From Candidatus Pacearchaeota archaeon (GTDB taxonomy: Archaea; Nanobdellota; Nanobdellia; Pacearchaeales; GW2011-AR1): a DNA stretch of 24,000 bases. Below the pieces are notes generated by a model. The model ran no database searches, was not told where the DNA came from, and saw only the letters and a program-made list of their open reading frames with translations. The DNA is taken from NCBI GenBank assembly GCA_041659945.1, contig JBAZXH010000001.1, positions 28,363 to 52,362 on the forward strand, given 5' to 3'. A program made the translations under genes and the position numbers. Shown in pieces: positions 16,945 to 23,925 of this stretch; position 1 is the first letter of the stretch, and each line of letters starts with the position of its first letter.

Positions 16945-17211
16945 TTAACCTACAACTTGTTTTATATTTGAGATGTTGTCTGCAACATCAGTACCTTTTT
17001 TTGTTAGCTTGATAAGCTTTATTCTACCTTTTTTTTCAAAAGTTACAAGTCCAAGCTCTTCTAGTGTTTGAAGAATCTTAACTGCGTGACTATAGGTACA
17101 ATCAACTTCTTTGGCTAGAACAGAACCGTATCTTACTCGGGCTAGCTTTCTTAGAGCAATCATCATAAGTGCTGGCTTTCTTCTAAAAAAGATATCAAAG
17201 TTGTCTTTCAT
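16945..17211 (-). CDS. Small winged-helix-turn-helix transcriptional regulator (88 aa)
   Basis: GSVLAKEVDCTYSHAVKILQTLEELGLVTFEKKGRIKLIKLTKKG reads as helix-turn-helix plus a beta-hairpin wing (MarR/ArsR/TrmB-like topology). Assigned by pattern only. Confidence 0.6.
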   Translation of the reverse strand: MKDNFDIFFRRKPALMMIALRKLARVRYGSVLAKEVDCTYSHAVKILQTLEELGLVTFEKKGRIKLIKLTKKGTDVADNISNIKQVVG

Positions 17212-17377
17212 TTTTTTGATGTATATTAGTATGTTTTGGGTAGTATATGATACAACCTATATATCGGACTATATTTGTGGTCCTTTTAAATCTTTCGTGA
17301 TTTAAAAAGGTAAAAAAATTTAAAATTTTACTACTGGCGTATGGGGTGTTTTTTTAAAATTCTGATTAAAAAAGAGC

Positions 17378-17414
17378 AAAATCGACGGTTCCATAGGAAA
17401 AACAAGTCGGTTTT
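17378..17414 (+). other. Hairpin (9-bp stem including one G.U, 19-nt loop) followed by a T-run, in a 260-bp divergent intergenic region
   Basis: AAAATCGAC (17378-17386) pairs with GTCGGTTTT (17406-17414). The T-run continues to 17417. Confidence 0.3.
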
Positions 17415-17471
17415 TTTATTTCCTGTGGAGAGGTAGTAAGGTTTATTAAGGATTTGAAGGTATTTTAATAT

Positions 17472-18110
17472 ATGGCTCAAAATACAAGAAAATTTAGAAT
17501 TTTGGCTGCTGGTGACATACATGGAGACCAAAATCTTACAAAAAGGCTTGCAGAAAGGGCAAAAAAAGAAGATGTAGACCTGGTTATACTTACTGGGGAT
17601 TTGACTTTTATTGAACAATCAACTGAAAATATTATAGGTCCATTTGCAAAGGTTAAAAAAAAGGTTTTGCTAATCCCGGGAAATCATGAAACTATAGCTA
17701 CAGCTGATTTTTTAAGTCAGGTTTACCCAGATGTTAAAAATATTCATGGATATGCCGTGAAAATTGGAAATATTGGCATATTTGGGGCAGGTGGAGCAAA
17801 TATCGGACCGTTTACAAGACTAAAAGAATCAGAACTCTATGATTTGCTTTCTCAGGGATTTCAAAAGGTTAAAGACAGTAAAGTAAAGATTATGGTTACG
17901 CATGTCCATCCGGCAAATAGTGTTATTGAAAAGTTTACTCAATTTTTTAAGGGCAGTGAGGGTGTGGAAAAGGCAATTAAAAGATTTAAGCCAGACATAG
18001 CTCTTTGTTCTCATGTTCATGAGGCTGCGGGAATTGAAGAAAAAATTGGAAATACTAAAGTTATTGATGTTGGAAGAGAAGGAAAGATAATTGAGATTGA
18101 TAGGAATTAG
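17472..18110 (+). CDS. Calcineurin-like metallophosphoesterase (MJ0936/YfcE-like)
   Basis: Motifs AAGDIHGD, LTGDL, PGNHE, VTHVHP and CSHVHE, in canonical order. Confidence 0.8.
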   Translation: MAQNTRKFRILAAGDIHGDQNLTKRLAERAKKEDVDLVILTGDLTFIEQSTENIIGPFAKVKKKVLLIPGNHETIATADFLSQVYPDVKNIHGYAVKIGNIGIFGAGGANIGPFTRLKESELYDLLSQGFQKVKDSKVKIMVTHVHPANSVIEKFTQFFKGSEGVEKAIKRFKPDIALCSHVHEAAGIEEKIGNTKVIDVGREGKIIEIDRN

Positions 18111-18111
18111 A

Positions 18112-18444
18112 ATGGTAAAAGGAGAAAGACGACTTAAACAAATTGAAAGTTATGTTGAAGAGCAGTTAAGACTAAAGCTTCCATCGGGAGAGAATAGATA
18201 CTCAATAGTTACTAAGCCGGTGACATATCCAAATTCTGCAAGAGATCCGGATTATTACAGTTTTTGTTTAATTTCAAATGAAGGAGATCCTAGTCAAATG
18301 ATAGAGGTTATGCAACTTTCTCCAAGAATACTTAGGTTAAAGGCTGAGGAAGTTAAAACAACTATTGCGTTTTCTAGATTAAAATTAAGTTTACCACAAG
18401 CAATAGAAGATTTAAGATGGAGATCTAAAGCAATTTATAATTAA
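18112..18444 (+). CDS. Hypothetical 110-aa protein, start 1 nt after the phosphoesterase stop
   Basis: The track ORF starts at 18091. The ATG at 18112 lies 1 nt after the upstream stop (stop-N-ATG), the same pattern seen elsewhere in this window. No family recognised. Confidence 0.5.
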   Translation: MVKGERRLKQIESYVEEQLRLKLPSGENRYSIVTKPVTYPNSARDPDYYSFCLISNEGDPSQMIEVMQLSPRILRLKAEEVKTTIAFSRLKLSLPQAIEDLRWRSKAIYN

Positions 18445-18447
18445 GAT

Positions 18448-18687
18448 TTAGTGTTGATTTACTACGGCATCAATTTCGTCATGAGTTAGAACTGATGAGC
18501 TGATTAATATTTTATGGGGATTGCTTCTATGATCCATTCTAACAGAACAAATTGGTTTGCCACAGGGTATTTGTGAGGTATCTTTTGTATTAGTTAGCTG
18601 GTCTAAGCTACCATAGATTCTTTTTCCTTCACGGTCTATATTTCTATCAGCAGGCAGGATATATTCATATGCTACTTCATTTAACAT
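18448..18687 (-). CDS. Hypothetical 79-aa protein
   Basis: Non-repetitive ORF, convergent with the 110-aa ORF (3-nt gap). A palindromic TATA-like TATTTATAAATA lies upstream. No family recognised. Confidence 0.4.
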   Translation of the reverse strand: MLNEVAYEYILPADRNIDREGKRIYGSLDQLTNTKDTSQIPCGKPICSVRMDHRSNPHKILISSSVLTHDEIDAVVNQH

Positions 18688-18766
18688 TAAAAGAGTTAAA
18701 TTATGTTATTTATAAATATTTATGTAAAAGCTAAATATTTATAAACCAACAAATAATATTTTTAAA

Positions 18767-19114
18767 ATGATTATGGAAAATTTAAGAAAGAATGGACTGG
18801 CTTACGCAGTGGTTACATTAGCTGTAGGAGTGGCAGCTTTTGGAGCTTATGAAAGAACTCGTGAGTCTAGACAACCAGAAATAAAAATACATGATGCAGT
18901 TATAACAAGAATTGAACCTTATAGTCATCGTAGTGAATTAGGCTTAGGCTCATCAAAAGGAAATGATGTTAGAGTTGAGGGCGAGACAAGGCCGATTAGA
19001 TTTGATTTAGAAAACTGGGATGGAACAGTAAGAGTTGGAGATCGTGTTGATTTAACTGCTAGACAAAAGTATGATGGCGGATTAGAGGGCCTTCAAATAA
19101 ATGATAATAAATAA
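18767..19114 (+). CDS. Hypothetical 115-aa protein with an N-terminal membrane anchor (12 R / 5 K)
   Basis: TM segment LAYAVVTLAVGVAAFGAY followed by a beta-rich-looking domain. No family recognised. Confidence 0.5.
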   Translation: MIMENLRKNGLAYAVVTLAVGVAAFGAYERTRESRQPEIKIHDAVITRIEPYSHRSELGLGSSKGNDVRVEGETRPIRFDLENWDGTVRVGDRVDLTARQKYDGGLEGLQINDNK

Positions 19115-19140
19115 TTCTAACTGAATTTAATTAATTTAAT

Positions 19141-19563
19141 TTATATTCCAAAGCCAATTATTAAACTTAAGTAATCTAAGCTAAAATGGATTATTACTCC
19201 TAGGGAAATCCAAAATATCCACAGAAAGATTAATCTTGTTACATTTTTCTTTTGTTTGCTTTCTTGATGCTCTTTATTCTTTTTATGTTTTGATAACTTT
19301 CTTGAAAGAAGAAAGATACCGGAAGCTAGTACAAGGACTATTGCTGTAATAAAAACATAAATTGTGTGAAGAGGGTAAAATCCAAAACTACATTGCATTC
19401 CAATATGAGGACATGCGGACTCAAACCAACCAACTTTTCCAATAATTCTATAAAAAATATGATCTAAATCAATTAGATTTGCTAATATAAGCCCATAAAG
19501 CATTATCTTTTTTCTATAAAAATAGAAGATTACAAGAGGAATTATGTAGTGTAATGTAAACAT
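19141..19563 (-). CDS. Integral membrane protein (about 4 TM, 140 aa) with a conserved-looking LIDLDH motif
   Basis: Multiple hydrophobic segments. A TATA-like box (minus sense CTTTTTATAC, 19591-19600) lies 28-37 nt upstream. Confidence 0.6.
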   Translation of the reverse strand: MFTLHYIIPLVIFYFYRKKIMLYGLILANLIDLDHIFYRIIGKVGWFESACPHIGMQCSFGFYPLHTIYVFITAIVLVLASGIFLLSRKLSKHKKNKEHQESKQKKNVTRLIFLWIFWISLGVIIHFSLDYLSLIIGFGI

Positions 19564-19655
19564 TTTATCTGTTAGGATAAAATAAAAGATGTATAAAAAG
19601 GTTGTTATACAGATTTAGGATAATTGAGTTACTTTTTGTTCCTAAATCTCTAATA

Positions 19656-19696
19656 AGACAATTAGGAAAAGGACAGTATAATCAACCTAATTGTCT
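19656..19696. repeat. Perfect 11-bp inverted repeat AGACAATTAGG / CCTAATTGTCT with a 19-nt spacer
   Basis: Read directly from the sequence: arms at 19656-19666 and 19686-19696. Lies between the divergent membrane-protein and topA genes, inside a TTAGG/CCTAA motif array. Confidence 0.7.
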
Positions 19697-19793
19697 ATAA
19701 TGAGAAAACCTCAGTCTACCTAAACTTTATAAACATTTATTTATAGGAGATTACACTTATTCTATAATCAATAAATAGAATGAGACTGAAATC

Positions 19794-22121
19794 ATGGCAA
19801 AACTAAGCAAAAAGGCAGAGAAAATAAAGAATTACGAAGTAAATCAAATAAAAGAGAATTTTGTGCCTATTGATGAAAAAGATTTAGCTCATGCTGTGGA
19901 TGTGCCTGTAAAAGAAAAGAAGACCGAGGAGATAGAATTCAAATCTCCAAAGGCTAGGGCAATTAAAGAAAAAAGAGGAAAAAGAACAACTAAAAAGAAA
20001 GTCATAAAAAAGAGTGCAAACTGGGCTGAAGAATTTAAAGTTCCAGGTCCTGAAAAATTAAATCCAAAGGGAAGTATACTTATAATAACTGAAAAACCTC
20101 AGGCTGCAAATAAAATTGCTGATGCTCTTTCTCGGGGAAAATCTGTTAAAAAAAATCTTGAGGGTGTTTCTTACTATGAGTTTGAAAGAGATGGTAAACC
20201 AATAAATGTTGTTTGTGCAGTTGGTCATTTGTTTACTCTTGCGCAAGTGAAACCTAGAAATGTTTGGCCAACATTTGATATAAAATGGGCACCTAATTAT
20301 CTTGTTAGGAAAAATGATTTTACAAAGAAATACTATGATGTTATTGCAAGAATTGTGAAAAAGGCTTCAAGTATTATTGTTGCTACAGATTATGATATAG
20401 AAGGAGAGGTAATTGGTATGAACATTGTTAGGTATATTTGTAATCAAAAGGATGCTGAAAGAATGAAGTTTTCAACTCTTACTGCAAATGAAATTAGTGA
20501 GTCATATGAAAAACGTTCTAAAAGTTTGGATTGGAAACAGGGAATTGCCGGAGAAACAAGGCATTATTTAGACTGGATTTATGGGATTAATTTATCAAGA
20601 GCTCTGATGGATGCTGTGAAAAGTGCTGGCTCATTTAGACTAATGTCCATTGGGAGAGTTCAAGGACCTGCATTAAACATTATTGTGAAAAAAGAACATG
20701 AGATAATGAATTTTAAATCAGAGAAATATTGGGATGTTTCGCTTGATATTGATGATGGTAAAAACCTGTTGGAAGTAAAGTATACTAAAGGTATAACTAA
20801 GGAAAAAGACTTAGAAAAATTCAAGCATCTTGAGAAAAAAGAAGGAGAGGTTAAAACAGAAAAATCTCAGCAAAGAATTAATCCTCCAGTTCCTTTTGAT
20901 CTTACAACCTTGCAGATAGAGGCATATAAATTCTTTAAAATAACTCCGTCAAAGACCTTAGAAATAGCTCAGAGTTTATATCTTTCTGGAATAATCTCCT
21001 ATCCAAGAACAAGTAGTCAAAAGATACCTAAGGAGATTGGCTATGATGTAATATTGGATAGGCTCTCAAAAAGATTTAATTTTGTAAAATTTGCAGAGAA
21101 AACAGTTCCCATTGAGGGTAAAAAAACCGATCCTGCACACCCTTCAATATATCCAACTGGAGAGTTTCATAGTTTGGAAGGGGAAGAGGAAAGAATATAT
21201 GACTTAATTGTAAGAAGATTTGTTTCTTGTTTTTGCAATGAAGCAATACTTGACAATAAAAAAATAGAATTTGTTATTGATGGTATGAAATTTAACACTA
21301 AAGGTATGGCCATTGCTGATGCTGGATGGATGGAAGTTTATCGTTCAGAGGCAAAGGAAAGAGAATTGCCAGATATGAATGGAAAAGCTACTGTTAAAAA
21401 AGTAAAAATTGAAGAAAAAATGACTCAACCACCGCATAGATATACTCCTGCATCAATAGTTTCTGAACTTGAGAAAAAAAATCTTGGTACAAAGGCTACA
21501 AGAGCAAACATTCTGGAGACTCTTTATGATAGAAGTTATATAAAAGAAAAAAGTATTCAGGCAACAAGCTTGGGAATTTCTTTGATAGATACTCTAAATC
21601 AAAATTGTCCGATAATTGTTGATGAAAAGCTAACAAGAGACATAGAAAAACATCTTGATGCAATAAGAGAATCAAAAAATCCTTTGGATAGTGAAAAAAA
21701 AGTTCTTGATGAAACAAAAAAAGTATTATATAGGATTGGTGAAGATTTTGAAAAAAATAAGCTGAAGATAGGACAAAGCCTTATTGAGGCAACTACAAAG
21801 CTTTGGGAAGAGGAAAAAAAGCAAGGTCAAATTGGAGTATGTCCTGTTTGTAAAAAGGGAAATTTAACAATAAAATATGGTAAGAAGTTTAGTAGATATT
21901 TTGTAGCTTGTGATGCTTATCCAGATTGTAAAACCACCTATAGTTTACCGCCAAATGCCCTAATTAAGAAAACTGATAAAGTTTGTGCAGAATGTGGATT
22001 TCCTATGTTAATGTCTTTGAAAAAAGGAAAAAGACCCTGGATTTTTTGTTTTAATCCTAATTGTGCTAGTAGAAAAGAGAAAATAGTTAAAGAAGTTGAA
22101 TTGAATGATGAGACAAATTAA
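19794..22121 (+). CDS. topA: DNA topoisomerase, type IA, with a Lys-rich N-terminal extension and C-terminal zinc ribbons
   Basis: Toprim motifs LIITEKPQAA and ATDYDIEGE, and the active-site tyrosine motif ISYPRTSS. C-terminal ribbons are CPVCKKG..CDAYPDCKTTY and CAECGF..CFNPNC. Confidence 0.9.
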   Translation: MAKLSKKAEKIKNYEVNQIKENFVPIDEKDLAHAVDVPVKEKKTEEIEFKSPKARAIKEKRGKRTTKKKVIKKSANWAEEFKVPGPEKLNPKGSILIITEKPQAANKIADALSRGKSVKKNLEGVSYYEFERDGKPINVVCAVGHLFTLAQVKPRNVWPTFDIKWAPNYLVRKNDFTKKYYDVIARIVKKASSIIVATDYDIEGEVIGMNIVRYICNQKDAERMKFSTLTANEISESYEKRSKSLDWKQGIAGETRHYLDWIYGINLSRALMDAVKSAGSFRLMSIGRVQGPALNIIVKKEHEIMNFKSEKYWDVSLDIDDGKNLLEVKYTKGITKEKDLEKFKHLEKKEGEVKTEKSQQRINPPVPFDLTTLQIEAYKFFKITPSKTLEIAQSLYLSGIISYPRTSSQKIPKEIGYDVILDRLSKRFNFVKFAEKTVPIEGKKTDPAHPSIYPTGEFHSLEGEEERIYDLIVRRFVSCFCNEAILDNKKIEFVIDGMKFNTKGMAIADAGWMEVYRSEAKERELPDMNGKATVKKVKIEEKMTQPPHRYTPASIVSELEKKNLGTKATRANILETLYDRSYIKEKSIQATSLGISLIDTLNQNCPIIVDEKLTRDIEKHLDAIRESKNPLDSEKKVLDETKKVLYRIGEDFEKNKLKIGQSLIEATTKLWEEEKKQGQIGVCPVCKKGNLTIKYGKKFSRYFVACDAYPDCKTTYSLPPNALIKKTDKVCAECGFPMLMSLKKGKRPWIFCFNPNCASRKEKIVKEVELNDETN

Positions 22122-23776
22122 AACTTTTTATCAAATAATCTTTGTCCGCCCTGAGGGCCTACAAATTTAGTACTTGGTGGGCTTCCAGGAGAACCAGGAG
22201 GTCGAGGTATTGAAGAAGGTAATCTTCTTGGCGTTTTTGAACCACCTTTTTTCATAAGAATAAATGCAATTACTCCTATAACCGCAATTATTAAAATAAC
22301 TATAACTACAATAATTATAATCATTGTGCTACTTGATCCACAACTATCCTTGCAAGAACCATCATCACATAAAATCTGGCCTGAAGGGCAAACATCAGTA
22401 TCACAACTTGATTTACAAACACCATCACATAAAACTAATCCTTCATCACACTGAGCTTCTTGGTAATCACATTTTCCAGGAACTTTCATTGGTTCGGCCC
22501 ATTGACCGTTTATACATAAAATAATTTCCTGATCGTCTGTGCATCCGGGTTCAGCACCTTCATTACATTCGCCAGTATAATTTTGGTAGATAATTACATG
22601 TCCAGTGTTATTCTTTAGAACACAAATTCCACTGGAGCAAGCATAGTTTGTTGGACATAAATAAACTGAAGCATTTGGGTGATTGTTTATATCACAGTTA
22701 AACTCAAGCAAAATTTCTTCTCCCTCAACAGAACAAGAGTCATAATAATAACTATAATTTCCTACTACTGTGTTGTTGATTAAAGCAGTAAAGTTAACAA
22801 AGCCAGCTGAACTATAGTTTAAACCTCCAACCTTATTACAAAAATATGTTACATTACCTATGCAAGCTTTTTCACTACAACCATTTGGACATGTAAAACT
22901 ATTATGATTTACACTTGTTCCGTTACAATAATATTCAAGAAGTGCATTTGAATCTTCACAGGCATCTTCATAGAGAATTGGAACTCCATTAAAAGTAGTA
23001 TTTACTTTAGCTTGAATAAAGTATTGAACTGAAAGATTGTAATCTCCATCTGTATCTATGCAAAACGGATCAACAATAGTATTTGGAACAAAAGAATCTG
23101 CAAGTATTTCTTCAGCGGTTAGAGAGGTATTGTAGATCTTTATTTCATCTAGTGTACCGTTAAAGTATTGAAAGCTTTTAGAAAAATTTACCTGATCAAT
23201 GAAAGCACCGATTGTTAAATTTCCGGTAGGAGTTGTAAATAACACTGGAGTGCTTGTACCGATTAGAGTTTTATTTCTATATACTTTTGCAACACTACCA
23301 TTATAACTAACTGCAACATATTGCCAAGATTTTAAAGGAAAATCTGAGGTGTCAGTTACTTGAACATTGACTCCAGCACCATTTCCTATTGTGAACATTA
23401 GTTTGCTGTTGAAGATATTTAGGTAACCCCCATTGCCTCCAGTACCAGTACCATGGTTAATTAACATCATATTTCCATCTGCTGCTTTGTATACCCATGC
23501 TGACCAGGTGAATTTATTTAATGTAAGAGAATAATTTATTTTTGATTGGTTTATTGAAAGGTAACCATTAAATCCATCAAAGTAATCTGCTTTTCCTATT
23601 TTTCCTTGATCTATTGATGAAACTCCTCCATGGGAAGAGATTCCGTTTGCTAGAGAGTCACTAAAAGGAATATAAAAAAGCCTAGAACTTTCTTGAACAG
23701 CAAAAACAGTCAATGAACTTATAACTATTGCTAATAAAATTAAAGGTAAAACAACCAAAATCCTCTTTTTATCCAT
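22118..23776 (-). CDS. Surface protein: signal peptide, LamG/concanavalin-like domain, duplicated Cys-rich modules, TM anchor, Pro-rich cytoplasmic tail
   Basis: Signal peptide MDKKRILVVLPLILLAIVISSLTVFAV. LamG-type hallmarks are FTWSAWVY, WQYVAVSYNGS and FNGTLDEIKIYNTSLTAEEI. The two Cys-rich modules end LLEYYC..CPNGCSEKAC and LLEFNC..CPTNYACSSGIC. The TM is MIIIIVVIVILIIAVIGVIAFILM and the tail is PRRLPSSIPRPPGSPGSPPS. Confidence 0.75.
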   Translation of the reverse strand: MDKKRILVVLPLILLAIVISSLTVFAVQESSRLFYIPFSDSLANGISSHGGVSSIDQGKIGKADYFDGFNGYLSINQSKINYSLTLNKFTWSAWVYKAADGNMMLINHGTGTGGNGGYLNIFNSKLMFTIGNGAGVNVQVTDTSDFPLKSWQYVAVSYNGSVAKVYRNKTLIGTSTPVLFTTPTGNLTIGAFIDQVNFSKSFQYFNGTLDEIKIYNTSLTAEEILADSFVPNTIVDPFCIDTDGDYNLSVQYFIQAKVNTTFNGVPILYEDACEDSNALLEYYCNGTSVNHNSFTCPNGCSEKACIGNVTYFCNKVGGLNYSSAGFVNFTALINNTVVGNYSYYYDSCSVEGEEILLEFNCDINNHPNASVYLCPTNYACSSGICVLKNNTGHVIIYQNYTGECNEGAEPGCTDDQEIILCINGQWAEPMKVPGKCDYQEAQCDEGLVLCDGVCKSSCDTDVCPSGQILCDDGSCKDSCGSSSTMIIIIVVIVILIIAVIGVIAFILMKKGGSKTPRRLPSSIPRPPGSPGSPPSTKFVGPQGGQRLFDKKF

Positions 23777-23797
23777 ACATAACTTAATTTTTTTGGC

Positions 23798-23806
23798 TTA
23801 ATAAAC
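23798..23806 (-). promoter_or_regulatory. TATA-like box (minus sense GTTTATTAA) for the LamG surface protein gene
   Basis: Lies 22-30 nt upstream of the ATG at 23776. Confidence 0.3.
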
Positions 23807-23875
23807 TTTATTGTTAATCAGATCATATAACGAGAGACTAAAATATTTCCATATTTTGCTTTTTGTTCTTTCGAA

Positions 23876-23920
23876 TATAGCAATTGACAAACTGAGGAAT
23901 TACTAAAGTCAATTGCTATA
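23876..23920. repeat. Perfect 13-bp inverted repeat TATAGCAATTGAC / GTCAATTGCTATA with a 19-nt spacer
   Basis: Read directly from the sequence: arms at 23876-23888 and 23908-23920. Starts 5 nt after the stop of the partial upstream gene and about 100 nt upstream of the LamG gene's ATG. Confidence 0.7.
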
Positions 23921-23925
23921 CATTG

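Noticed and set aside
17111-17618. ORFs 17111..17305 (+) and 17331..17618 (-)
   Set aside because: They overlap the wHTH and phosphoesterase genes in antisense and run through AT-rich promoter sequence. Their composition is F/I/L/K-rich junk.
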